Shown here: positions 1 through 12,639 of the stretch, piece by piece
Position numbering within the stretch: position 1 is the stretch's first letter
How the letters are laid out: every line of letters starts with the position of its first letter
From: Dipteris shenzhenensis
Taxonomy: Eukaryota
Length of the DNA stretch: 64,000 nucleotides
NCBI GenBank assembly: GCA_047967505.1
Contig: CM106538.1
Direction: 5' to 3' (one strand)
The notes under the pieces: model-generated
The model's database searches: none
The model's input: the letters and a program-made list of their open reading frames with translations, nothing else
What the model was told of the DNA's origin: nothing
Made by a program: the position numbers and the translations under genes

Positions 1-1686
1 CCCAAGGGTATCATAGGTGTGAGACCGATCTCACTGCTTGTACACCAAACGGGCAAAGGATGGCAGTTTGATGCTACTCATTCTATATGTGGATGACATG
101 CTGATTGCCAGCAAATCTCAGCAGGAGATTAGTGCTTTGAAGAAGCAACTGCATAAATCTTTTGACATGAAAGACTTGGGTGATGCAAACCATATTCTTG
201 GTATGCGGATTATCCGTGACAGGTTCAAAGGACTTTTGTTTCTGTCACAGAAGGAGTACATTGACAAAGTACTGCAGAGGTTTAAAATGGAGGGGGGGAA
301 GTCTATTAGTACCCCGTTGCCTCCACATTTAAAACTCAGCAGTAAGGACAGCCCCAGATCAGATGATGATAAGACTGAAATGGCCAAGGTTCCGTATGCA
401 TCTGCAGTTGGTTCTTTGATGTATGCCATGGTTGCCACTCGTCCGGATATTGCTTTTGCGGTGGGAGTCATCAGCAGGTATATGGCAAATCCAGGTAAGC
501 GGCACTGGGAAGCAGTGAAAGGTGTCTTGAGGTATCTCAAGGGTACCAAAGACTTGTGCATATGCTATGGTAGGCAGGATGCATTGGTGCATGGTTTTAC
601 AGATTCAGACTATGCAGGGAATGCAGATAACCGGAAGTCTACTACCGGTTATATTTTCACATTTGCAGGAGGTGCTATATCATGGGTGTCTCGGTTGCAG
701 AAATGCGTTGCACTGTCAACCACTGAAGCTGAATATGTTGCAGCCACTGAGGCTTGCAAGGAAGCAATATGGCTTACTCGGCTGGTGGGAGATTTGGGCA
801 TTACAGGAGATATGCCAGTTTTGCATTGTGATAGTCAGAGTGCTATCATGTTGGCAAAGAATTCGGTCTTTCATCAGAAGACCAAGCACATAGATGTGAA
901 ATACCATTTCATCAGGGAGGTACTGGAAGACAAGCGACTTGAGCTTGTGAAGGTGCATACTGATGATAATCCTGCAGATTTGCTCACTAAGAGCTTGCCT
1001 ACAGAGCGGTTTGCACATTGCCGCCACATCATGGGATTAGGATGAGACCATTCTTATTTTATGGTCTTGTATACAGTAACTGTATATTGCTGTAATTTTA
1101 TTCTTTTCTCCCCTTTAGGCACATTGGCCTTTAGGTGGGAGGTTGTTGGGGTAAAGGCACATTGCCACCCTTTTTTTAAAGTTATGACACCTATGACTGT
1201 CTTAAGACAGTCATAGGGTGAAAAACCTAATCCTAATAAAACCTGAGTTTGTGGTGTGGCTCAACACTTTTACACACCCACACTTCTTGTGTCTCCCTCT
1301 CTCTCTCTCTGTCTCCATCGTTCCACTCCCCCACTCTTTCCCTCTCACAGCCCTCCCGAGGTGTTTTACGGACTGTGGGAGCATGGAGATTGAGGCATCA
1401 AATCCCAAGGTCGAGACTTTGGGGCAAATATGGTTACCTGTTGACCTCTACAGCTCTTTCTTGCATTCTCTCCACTCTCTTCCTTCATATCTCTCATCTC
1501 CCGATAATTGGAAGCCTGCTGCTCCTTGCGGGGAGCTTGGACAGAGGATAGATGCAAGGAAGGAGCTCGCCCCTCTGCCACAGACAGCGGGAATTGATTC
1601 CAAGTTTTATTGTTCTTTGTTCATCCTTGCTTTGTAGCTTTTTGTAGTGCATGCGTGTTGTTTGCAGTCCTTTCAGGGATCCTACA
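1..1686 (+). mobile_element. Ty1/copia element A, 3' end (RT-RNase H, PPT, probable 3' LTR 1144-1686)
   Basis: ORF 38-1045 has copia motifs LYVDDMLI, TRPDIAFAV, FTDSDYAG, STTEAEY, DNPADLLTK. A purine tract AGGTGGGAGG precedes TGTTGGGG at 1144. The right LTR end (...ATCCTACA, 1686) is a best guess because no partner LTR is in the window. Confidence 0.85.
38..1045 (+). CDS. Copia Pol C-terminus (RT thumb + RNase H), 5' partial
   Basis: Uninterrupted 335-aa frame with RVT_2 and copia RNase H motifs. Confidence 0.9.
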   Translation: MYTKRAKDGSLMLLILYVDDMLIASKSQQEISALKKQLHKSFDMKDLGDANHILGMRIIRDRFKGLLFLSQKEYIDKVLQRFKMEGGKSISTPLPPHLKLSSKDSPRSDDDKTEMAKVPYASAVGSLMYAMVATRPDIAFAVGVISRYMANPGKRHWEAVKGVLRYLKGTKDLCICYGRQDALVHGFTDSDYAGNADNRKSTTGYIFTFAGGAISWVSRLQKCVALSTTEAEYVAATEACKEAIWLTRLVGDLGITGDMPVLHCDSQSAIMLAKNSVFHQKTKHIDVKYHFIREVLEDKRLELVKVHTDDNPADLLTKSLPTERFAHCRHIMGLG

Positions 1687-1860
1687 AGTATGAAGTGTAT
1701 GACTTAGTAAAAGATCACTGCCATTTTGTTTATCGAAGGTCGGTTTCAGTGGTTCCGTTGCCGGGACAGTCACCATATTCCCACAAAGGTGAGCCCTGAT
1801 AGTGTTGGGTGAAGGACACTTTCATTGCAATTGCTGCTCTAGCCATCAATCTCAGCAAGC

Positions 1861-2930
1861 ATGTCACGCCGTGAGAGGTTGTTGACTATCTCTGAACAGG
1901 AGGGGCAAGAGGAAGACAGAGCCTCAGAGAGCATTGAAGAGGAGCACAGCATCAGCGGGGGTGATGACCAGCAAGATAGTGGGGCACAGCCAATTTCTCC
2001 TAAGCATGCCACTGAGGACTCACAAGATGAGGTAGATGAGGCAGAGGAGTTTGATCCCAATGCCCTTTTTCAGCTACGAATGCAAAGTGTAGCGGGAGCC
2101 CTGTCGCAGTTGCAACATGCCGTCATGCAAGCTCCTCCCCCTATGGTTGCTTCCCCTGGAAGCAAAAAGTCAGCTCAGAAGAAACACAAGAAGCATAAGA
2201 AGACTCCTGGGCATGTTTCTTTCAGTGGACAGCCTTCAGAGATGCCCTCGATCACCCCTGTAGCAGGTAATGCCAACAACTTTCATTCAGTCAATCAAGG
2301 ACAGCAAGCCCTTCCTCATCCCACGATGCATCCGGGATATTTCGAAGGGGGATCAATTTTTCAAGCAATGGTGGCACCATCCGCAGAGGCATCTGGAATG
2401 CCACGTAGCTTTATGGATAGCACACAGCTCGGAATGCAGAATTTCCAGCAACCTTTGATGGGTGGAATGCCCCCTACAAATGCCAATATGATTCACTCAA
2501 ACATTGGGATGCAACCTGGAATGCAGACAAGAACGCCTAGGACAATGGGCAATACTTGGAATATGCCACAAATGCAGGGAGTGGGACCTAGATTGCCAAA
2601 CCCCACCATGGGTATGGGTGGAATGGCTCAGAATGCGGGAGCAATGATGCCCCCACCGTTTTTACAGCCCCTTGATTATGGCACTAAAGGAAAATTGAAA
2701 GATTACAAGGAGGGAGGGGCAACTGTAAAGTTTGAGACCTTCAATGGGATGCAGGACAGATTGAAGGCTTTGACATTCGTAAACAGTTTGATGCTCCCTA
2801 CTCAGGTGGACACTTCACAGAATCCTCCAACGTTTGAAAGGCAGCCGCCTTTTTGAAGGGCAATGCGCTCAAATGGTGGACCAACCTTCTCTTGCAAGGT
2901 AGAGCACCTACCACTTCGGTCGAATTCAAG
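1861..2930 (+). pseudogene. Ty3/gypsy gag fragment with long low-complexity N-terminus, truncated
   Basis: ORF 1861-2856 reaches KFETFNG..RLKALTF. After a frameshift it continues QQFDA..KAAAFLKGNALKWWTNLL..EFK (retrotrans_gag-like) and stops at the junction with copia B. Confidence 0.7.
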
Positions 2931-5900
2931 TAGTGGCATCACATGCATGGTGCACCGCTGCCATCCTCAGAAGAGGAGTGAAAACCAAGCTCTAATGGTG
3001 TGGATACTAGCTTGCAATCCTCAAACGAAAAACGCTGCAAAAGCTGTCCCATATAACATCAAAATGCCCCCCCCACTGCTAAGCAAATTGGATGCCCAGA
3101 TAGTAGGGCAAAAGACCAAGATCAGACATAGCAAATAAATCAAGCTTAAAATCTGCAATTTGCTTAGCATGTGTCCCAGTCACAAGCATGTCATCCACAT
3201 AGAGGACTAAAATCAGCAAATCTTTCCCATTCTTGCAGATGTAAAGTGTAGCCTCTATGGGACTGTTCTGAAAGCCAAGGGTGAGCAAATGAGTATGTAT
3301 CCGGGAATACCAAGCCCGAGGTGCCTACTTCAATCCATAGAGGGCTTTCTTTAAGCGGTAGACCTTGCTTTCAGAACCTTCAACCTCAAAGCCAGGAGGT
3401 TGGGAAACATAGACCTCTTCCTGCAAATGCCCATGAAGGAAAGTTGTCTTGATATCAAGCTGATGTACCTCCCAATGAAAGTGGGCAGCAAATGCAATAA
3501 CAATGCGAATAGTAGTGATCTTGAAAGTGGGAGCAAAAGTCTCCTCAAAGTCAATGCCTTGCTACTTAGCATAGCCCTTAGCAACAAGACGGGCTTTGTA
3601 CTTTACAAAAAAAACAAGACGGGCTTTGTAACCCTCCACTGAACCATCTGCTTTCCGTTTAATTTTATAAACCCACTTAGTTCCAATGGCATGCTTACCA
3701 GGAGGCGAGTCACACAATTCCCAAGTGTTATTCTGATAGATAGAATGCAATTCAGCTTGCACAGCCTCAACCAAAAATCATTATGAAAGGCCTATTTATG
3801 GCATAATGGCTCTTCATTGCATGCTGTAGCGAACAATACATAAGCAACAAAACTAGCATGCTCTTTCCGGACAGCTGCTCTAATACAGGCTGGCAGAGGA
3901 GTATCTTGGTTGCTGTCTTTTAATGTGTCAAGGAGCCAACACGGGACCTTTTTGGGCTCCTAAATTTCAACTCTTTCCTGGACAATAGCCATGTGCACAT
4001 TGTCCTGATCAATCGGAGGCATATCAGGCTGAATACCTGCCTGCAAATGACCAACAGATGGAGGACGTACAATCTCAGATGGAACATCATCATGAGAATC
4101 TGACGGAAACAAAGGCATCAAGCTGTCAAAGATATCTGGGGCATCAACAACACTCTGTTTTTTACAATCTAGCAAAGCCATAGTGGAAGATTCATCAAAC
4201 ACAACATCTCGACTGACAAAACTTTCCCGTGTGGGGCTGGTAGAGCTTATAGCCCTTGCTCTCTGAGCTATACCCAATAAAAATGCACTTGAGCTTCATC
4301 ATCCAACTTGATGCATGTCTGAGAAGGCACATGGGCATATGCCAAGCATCCAAATGTCCTCATGTGAGAAATGCGCTGCTTACGACCTATCCAAGCCTCA
4401 TAAGGTGTGATAGTCTGCAATGCCTTTGTGGGACATCTGTTCAAAATGTAATTAGCACACATGACAGCATCCAACCACAACTTGTTAGGCAAATTTTACC
4501 TTTCAACATGCACTTGGCCATCTATCACTGATCTATTCTTGCGCTCAGCCACGGGATTCTGTTGAGGAGTATAAGGCACCGTGCATCGATGATGTATGCC
4601 ACGTGAAGCCAAAAAAACAGGAAACTCCTTTTGACATATATTCACCCCCCCTGTCTGTATTAAGGTGAGCAATGTGCAGCCCAGTCTCATTCTCAGCGAA
4701 GGCAATAAAATGCCTGAAGCATGAAGAAACGCGTTTTCTATTGGAACCAGATAAAGCTTGCGTGAGGCACCAACAGTCCCATCCTTGGGAAACGCAGAAC
4801 GGTGCATCTTACCAAGCAAGCAACGTTCACAAACATGCTTTGAAGGCATATGTATTTTGGGAAGATCGACGACCATACCATCCTTATATAACTTCACCAA
4901 AGGCATGTGCATCTGCAAGTGCAACATCATCCAAACATCTATCATAAGCATCAAGTCTATAGAGTCCTCTGGCTGAAATAGAAATGAGGTTCTTGCGAAT
5001 GCCTGGAACATAAAGCACATTCTCTAGAGTGACAAGACTACCAGAAACAGAAGTAAGAGCAACTTGCCCAATACCTTTCACGGTACATGATGCATTATCG
5101 GCACATGTGACACTCCGGCCCTTAGATGTATGCTCTAGTGAGCTAAATAACTTCCTGCAGGAAGTGATGTGCTTGCTAGCACCACTCTCAAAGAACCAAG
5201 CATCATGAACATCGAAAACTGCCATGCAGAACATCATGAACATTATGATTATACTGACATGTAACCAAGAAAGCCCAATGCTGGTCTTGTGCAAAATTAG
5301 CTGACTCATGTCGATCTTCTGTACTAGGAGAACCAGATACTACAAGACCAAACTCTTTCTTCTTCTTTTCAGATGTAATTCTCTTCCTGCATTCAGAGAT
5401 ATCATGCCCAAGTTTCCTACAATATTTACATCTCTTCTTCTTTTTGTTATCCCTCGAAGAAGAGGCACCATGAGAATGACTAGCAGGTGAATGAGGGGGT
5501 TGACCACCTGAAACCTTGCCTTTGCCTTTTTTTAATGCTGGGCAGCAAAGGCTTGATCACTAGCCATAGAAGCATTGCAATTTGCACAACTTTGCTCCTC
5601 CTGAAGGAGAAGAGCAACCAGCTGGTCAAAAGAATTGCCACCTACAACCAACCTCAATGTAGTAGCAAAGCCCTGATAAGAATCAGGCAACCCATCAAGG
5701 GTATTAGAAACAAGTTGAGAATCAAGCATCACCTCATCAATATTGGCCAATTGCTCTTTCAAATCCTTCACATTACTAAGATAGGCATCCATATTACCAC
5801 CCTCTTCAAGCTTCAAGCCCTTTAACTGTTTGCGAAGATAGGCAACGCTTGCCTCATTCTGCACCTGATATAAGGATGCAAGCTGATCCCATGCTTGCTT

Positions 5901-7342
5901 AGCTGTCTTGCAAGACCGGATATGAGGGATAATAATCCTTTTGGCTGAAAGAGCAATCAAGGCATGTGCTTTGGCATCACAACCATCCCACTGAATCAGC
6001 TCCTGTGTAGGAGGAAAAGTTTCTGTAGTAGTAGATGCAGCTGCTCTAGAAGTAGCATTAGACCCATCATCTGAAGTAGTACCAGAGGCAAAAGGTGGAG
6101 CACTAGCAGCTGCATTACGTGTAGGTCTGGCCTCAGAACCTCAAACAATGTGCCATAGATTCTTGGCAACTAAAACATGCCCCATCATGTATGACCAGAT
6201 GGGGTAATTGGTGCCATCAAGCCCGTCATCAGCCCCAAGCATCCCAAAAAGATCATCTTTACTGCTAGCCATAGTACCAAAAATGCAAGGCAAAAGCACC
6301 AATCTGACAAAGCAAATGAGAGAAGGGCACTCTCCCAAAACCATAAGCAAATTTCTGCACAAGCTTCAAAGATTTTCACTACAAATGTGTGGCTATCACA
6401 AGGGGTACCTACAAATGATGTATACCCAAAAATGCAGCAAAGAAAGAGCTCCAATTGCGAGCACAAATGATCAGCCTTGTAGGAGAGGTGAAGGGGACCG
6501 CAGATGGCCAATGAGTGGGGTATGAGCAGATCCCACAAGTCAAAAACACCTCAGAAAGATTACAGCAAGAGCTAGAGGTGAAAAGCTTGTAGCCCAAGGT
6601 GTCAGAACAGCAGTAGGAGGGCCCAAATACCAAGGTTGGTGAATGTAGATGCTGTAGTAGGCTCAGTCGGTGCTGTAAAGTTCTGCAAAACGTTGTAGCA
6701 GCTCTGAAAAGCCTAAGTCGGCAGCTACAGGTATCCAAAATGCAGATGTGAATCCCGAAATGCTGCTGTAGGAGCTCGGAAATGCAAATGCACGCTGCAA
6801 ATGCCAAAACCGTCTAAAGCAGATGCCCCAGAAGTCAATGAAATTCACATGTGTGAAGGCGGTGCAGCAAAAGGCCTTGAAACAGCTCCCAATTTTGGAG
6901 AAGAGGCTGTAGATATGCTGAATAACAGCAGCAGATGCCCAGACAAGGGTCGCCTGGCCGACCAGCAAGAAGCTGCCCTGAAATGGAAGAAGACCAGCCT
7001 CCACCAACACCGGGGTGGTTGGAAATGGCTGTGGGGTGAAACCGTGACCTGCTCTGATACCACTGTAGACTAGGGCAAGCAATGGAAGCTCAAAATATGA
7101 GTGGGAGAAGCCAAAAAACGAGCTTTTGTATTGAAAATGTTGCTACCAAGAATGGAGGCTCAAGAGGGAGCCAATATGACAAAACCCTAGGGCTAAATGT
7201 CCTAACTAGACAAAGTGTCCTAATTGAACTAGGTGGTGCATGAATTAACTGTACCAACAATCCTAACTCAATGTAACTAGGCCTACAAGGCACATACCAA
7301 GGAATAAGTGGCATCTATGGATAGCCCATAGAATGGCCTACA
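2931..7342 (-). mobile_element. Ty1/copia element B, degenerate, 3'-truncated; 5' LTR 7064-7342
   Basis: tRNA-iMet PBS at 7051-7062 (TGGTATCAGAGC on minus). TG..CA LTR. Gag LDGTNYPIWS, knuckle CKYCRKLGHDISEC, protease WFFESGASKHIT, integrase PYTPQQNPVAERKN, RT KWVYKIK and LYVDDML. Many stops and frameshifts. Confidence 0.9.
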
Positions 7343-7857
7343 ATACATGCCCCATCATGTATGACCACATGGGGTAATTTGTGCCATCAAGCTTGTCATC
7401 AACCCCAAGCATCCCAAACAAATCATCTTTATTGCCAACCATTGTGCCAAAAATGCAAGGCAAAAGCACCAATCTGACAATGCAAATGAGAGGAAAGCAA
7501 CCTCTCAAAATCAAGAGGCAAAATTCTGCTCAAGCTTCAAAGCTTACCATCACTGCAAAAGACTCTGGTGTCCCAAGGTGTACCTGATGCAAAAAAGCTC
7601 CAGCTCAAAAATGGAGGTGAGAAGACAAAAAACGAGATGATGTAATGAATTGCTGCAAAACTCAAAGTGGAGGCTCAAGAGAGAGCCAACATAACAAAAC
7701 CCTAGGGCTAAATGCCCTAACTGGACTAAGTGTCCTAGCTGTCCTAACTGGTACATGTACTAACTATACCAACTGACCTAACTGACTGTAACTAGGCCTA
7801 CAAGGCACATAACAAGGAATAAGTGGCACCTATGGATAGCCCATAGAATGGCCTACA
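7343..7857 (-). mobile_element. Relic B' of the same copia family (gag start joined to a partial LTR)
   Basis: 7345-7545 resembles 6176-6370. 7600-7857 resembles LTR 7085-7342 and has the same GAATGGCCTACA end. PBS and most of the leader are missing. Confidence 0.8.
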
Positions 7858-9177
7858 AAAACTACATGATAATACATCAAGAGAGGAATGCATCATGGGG
7901 AAGACATGATACAATTTGTCAAGGACCTCTACAAAAGAGATGGGGAGAGAGGCTTAACCATGATTTCTCTATAAAAGCAGCTATTGGCATCGAAACGAGA
8001 GAGGTCTGAAGAAGCTAGCAAACGGGAAGGACCCAGACACACAAGGGCTAGTAGCTGATATGTTGACATGGGGGGAAGACAAAGACAATGCTCATCCAAC
8101 TCCTAAATGAGACTCTAGAGAAAGGTATATTCCCTTAGAATGGCAGCTTAGCAAGATTGTACCAATCCACAAGGGGGGGGGCAGCAAGGTGGTGAAAAAC
8201 TACATAACAATCATGGTGATCAGCCTAATTGCCAAATTGTATGGCACTATCATTGAGCAAAAATAAGCAAATGGGCAGATAGGTAGAGGCACAAGGAATT
8301 AGGGCACCATTCCCAACAGCGTTCCATCCAAGCACTCGACGATGGATCATTTAGTTGCCACAAGAGCGGCAATGGAGGGAGCCAAGAATAAGAAAGGGGC
8401 TGTATATTGTTGCTTTGTAGACTTAAAGAAAGCCTTCGACAAAAGCTATGGGAAAGACTGATACCATTGCCTCTTCAGGAGGGGCATGCTTTGGTCCGCT
8501 CTCACGACTCACCTACTTCCATGACCTACTCTGCAGTAGGCTCTATCTGATTGAGATGCGATGACACAAAGAGACATTACCGAGACAGATGAGAGAGCAA
8601 CAGGAGGAGACAACGCCACAAGCTATTGAGGCAGATCAAGCATAGAGGCATGCTCACATATTTCTATGCATTTGAGTCAGCTCCAGGACACAGCAGGGTG
8701 GAGGAGGAAAGAGCTGATATGAGGGCAATATGGATTAGCAGAGAGAGCCGACACGAGTGAGGGATGCAGAGACCTGACACACACGAAGAGTAGCCAAAGC
8801 ATACACAAACGAGGTTAGGCCTATCTCAACTCTCCTCAGCGAGGACCACCAGAGACAAGGCATTATTCTTGATATAGCCCATCGGATGAAGAGATCGAGG
8901 AGACCATGTCCCCGCCACAATGCGACAGCTTGACAGATGCAAATCCGGGATATTCTCGCACCAAACCGGAGAGCCACTATGGTGGCGGGTTTTGGATTCT
9001 AAGTCTCAGCTTTCAACTTCAGTTTCTATTTGAGTTTTGTCTGAGCTCTTAAGCTCTTTACCTTAGTATAGCACTCAGCAAGGGCCCTAGCGTGCCCTTT
9101 GCTTCAACCCTTCAAGGCTTGTATGAGTTATTTCTTGTTTGGTGTACATTGTCCCATAGGCCCACAAGGCCTCCTAA

Positions 9178-9226
<49 letters not shown>
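7858..9226 (+). mobile_element. Chimeric RTEX-like LINE relic (RT fragment + 3' end with (CT)n tail)
   Basis: EWQLSKIVPIHKGG and YCCFVDLKKAFD, then a jump at about 8460 to a C-terminal/3' UTR region homologous to 11820-12630. Tail at 9181-9226. Confidence 0.75.
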
Positions 9227-9228
<2 letters not shown>

Positions 9229-12200
9229 GGTGTCGAACCCATGGGACGAGTACACACATTGGATTGGACATAGTAGTATGGAATTGTAATGGCACTCTAT
9301 GGTCTCATCTGGGAGGGTTCTTGGAGACATACAATGACAAGGATATGATCTTCTACATCGAGACACATGAGAGCCTAGAGAGAGGGCTGCCCACAGTGAC
9401 AGGATGCACGTGGGAGTCTGCTCATAGGAGGGAATTGAGGAAAGATAATAGAGTAAGCGGCTCTAGAGGGGTAGCTGTCCACCACTCATACCTGGACTTC
9501 CGTATCTTTGCTACTATATCAGCCAAAGGGAGAGCGCTCCCCACACCTGCACATGTCCATATCCACTTTGATTGTGCCCTCGACCCAGTATATGTGAGCC
9601 ACTTAGCTAGGGAGCTTCTGACCTTGCTTGGAGATGACATAGACCTCGCACGCGCCTAGGATACCCTTGTCTCAGTGGTACAGGATGCTGCCATGAGATC
9701 CTTTCCCACGACCCAATCCACACACGTCCGTGATGGGAAGATGCCTCAAAACCCTTGGTTTGACGACGAGTGTAGAGAGGCAAGAGCCCACCTCACACAA
9801 GAGCAGGCCTTGGGCCATCTGACGTCATCTGAGGCACAGCGGATCTTCGGTCGATTAACATGCAGTAAGAAGCGGGCCTTACCCACACGCAAGATGGATA
9901 AGATTGCCAAATCCTTTTGAGGAGGAGACCCGACCACTAGGTGGGGATTTCTATCGGAGTGGAAGCCACATGTTCCCATCACTGACCCAGTGTATGGCAC
10001 GCATATGCATGTTCCCTTTATGATGCCCAGATGCAGACACCATCGGACATGTTGTCTATGCCCACGCCCACACCTGTCACTTGTTCACCACACAGAATGT
10101 ACGGTCTCCACTCTGTTGGCCACACAATCAGAGAGCACAGGATCATGAGGGCCTACGAAATGAACACTTTGCACATGGGCAGGATGTCTTAGCCCTGGTC
10201 CTAGCACAGATGTTCAATTAAGCTTATGCCACCACTTCCCACCTGCTAGGAGTACCACCACTATTGTGCCGATACACAAAGCCGGGGACCCTATGGATAC
10301 TAGGAACTATTGCACCCTCATGATTGGCTACACTTTGGCCAAGATCTATGGGCCGGTGTTAGAAAGGGAACTCAGCAATCACACAGAGGCTCGAGGGCAG
10401 GGCAGCGGGCCTAGGACAAGCTGGGTTCTGGAGACAGCACTCTACTCTAGATCACATCTTTACTCTGAGGGCTATCATTGAGGAGGCGAGGTCCAGACAC
10501 CAGAAAGTATACACATGTTTTGTAGACTTTTGTAAGGCATTCGAGACTATCCCACGATCCCACATGATCAAGAGACTATAGGAGATGCAAATTCTAGAGA
10601 CACTTAACTAGGGAATGATGAGCCTATATGAGTCAACCAGAGGCAAAGTTCGTGCCCTAGGTGGTCTATCGAATTGGGTTGAGAGTACAATTGGGGTGAA
10701 GCAGGGTTGCCCTCTCTCGCCGACTTTACATCAATGAGATCACTTCCTTCGTAGACCGCCTAGGAGGCGAAGGATCATTACTGACCGATCTCATGATACA
10801 AATATTGCTATATGCTGATGACATAGTCCTTATCTCATCTTTAGCAAAGGCGCTACAGAGACATTTGGAAGCCCTAAAAGTGTTCTGCAGAGAGAGAGAC
10901 CTCAAGTCAACCTTGGGAAGACCAAGGTTATGGTCTTCGACACCTCACACGCAGTGCTCCGTCGACTCTGCTTCACTTATCATGACGAACCAGTGGAGAT
11001 AGTGTAGTCCTACACATATTTGGGAGCAGTCTTCATAGGACCCCTTTTCACTATGACCCATGCAGCCCAGGCACGACCATAGTGCCCGAAAACGGCGTTT
11101 CTAGGCACCCGAAACGGTTCACCGTTTCGGCACCGTTTTCAAAAGCAAAAATGACGTTTTGGGCAGGCAGTTTTATGATTCGGAGTAAGCCCTCAACTCC
11201 ACATGAGATAGTACAAGCAGAGTTCGCCCATGACACCACTCAGGTTGATGCCATCTTCTAGACAGTCACATTCATTCATATAGTCTGGGACTTACCTCGA
11301 GGGAGACTATCGACGCTGGCCCAATAATCATCCAGACAACTAGCAGAGAGTGGAGCAGACACATGGTATGCACGTATATCCACATGGTTTGCTGGGCACG
11401 AGATCCAAATGGACGAGTTCCCCCCTTTCAGTACAGCATGGATGCACCCATGAGTCGACCCCATGAGATGAGATCAACTGTATCATACGGTTTGATCTCC
11501 TTCAGCTCCACACATCTCGGACTTGCGGGGGAGATCATGAGCTCCCCACCAAGACCCAGTTCTACAGCAACCACTTCTTGAGAGTATCGGAGGAGGGATT
11601 CATCATCAGGCCCCAGTATCTCAAGGACAGAGGAGTCTCGCATACATTGAGAATCGCCATTGGACAGATGCGGGTTTCATCCCATCAGCTGAGGATTGAG
11701 ACAGAGAGAGCAACAAGTATACCCAGAGCGCAATGGATCTGCATGCTATACACATTGGGAGTGATTGAGACAGAGGAGCATTTCTCTGTGCCTCCCCAAC
11801 CTACTATGAGATCATGGGACGATACCATTGCCTCTATCACGATGGGAGTGTCTTTGGCCCACTATCACGATTGATCCACTTCCATAACCAGGTCTGCATT
11901 GTGCTCTATCTGCTTTAATGCGCCGACACAAGGAGACTCTACTACGGCAGATCAGAGAGCAGCAGAAGGCGACCAGACCATAGGATACAGAAGATGACCA
12001 GACACAGCGGTGTGTCACAAATTTTTATGCATGAGACAACTTCAAGACACAGTGGAATGGAGGAGGAGCTAGCTGATATGCGGGAAGTATGGATTACCGA
12101 GAGAGGGATGCAAAGGCCACCTGCAATACGGAGAGCAACTAGAGCACATTCTATTGAGGTCCGGCCTATCACACCTTTCCTCAGAGGAGACCACCCGAGA

Positions 12201-12582
12201 CGAGGAGACCTCCCGAGACGAGGGGTCACTCTGAACATAGCTCAGCGGGTTCATAGATTGAGGAGACCACGCCCCCCTCCGCTACCACGCGTGAGATAGC
12301 CCGAAAACGGCAGATCCAAGACATTTTCACCGCTCACAAATGAGCCACCACAGTGTCGGGTTTTGGTTTCTGAGTCCCAACTCTCAGCCTATTCCAGATA
12401 GCATATGCTTTGTACTTGATTTTGCTCAAGCTATTGAGCCCTTTATTTTAGCATAGTGCATAGTACTCATCAAGGGTCTTAGCACACCCTTTGCCCCAAC
12501 ACATTGAGGCTTGTATGAGTTTTTCCTTTTGGTGTACTTTCTTTGTCCTGTTGGCCTGCGAGGCCCCTCGCGAACGTTAATA

Positions 12583-12630
<48 letters not shown>
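9227..12630 (+). mobile_element. RTEX-like LINE, near-complete but degenerate ORF2 (APE-RT-CCHC) with (CT)n tail
   Basis: APE start DIVVWNCNG..IFYIETH, linker QNPWFDDECREAR, RT VPIHKAGD, GVKQGCPLSP, QILLYADD, C-terminal RVSSHQLRIET..ETEEHF. Tail at 12585-12630. Confidence 0.85.
11078..11174. mobile_element. Foreign palindromic 97-bp insert, probably a hAT/MITE end fragment
   Basis: Replaces LINE sequence present in the paralog at about 30660-30855. Contains a perfect hairpin CCGAAACGGT-TC-ACCGTTTCGG (11109-11130) and several AAACGG motifs. Confidence 0.5.
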
Positions 12631-12632
<2 letters not shown>

Positions 12633-12639
12633 CCCCTCA

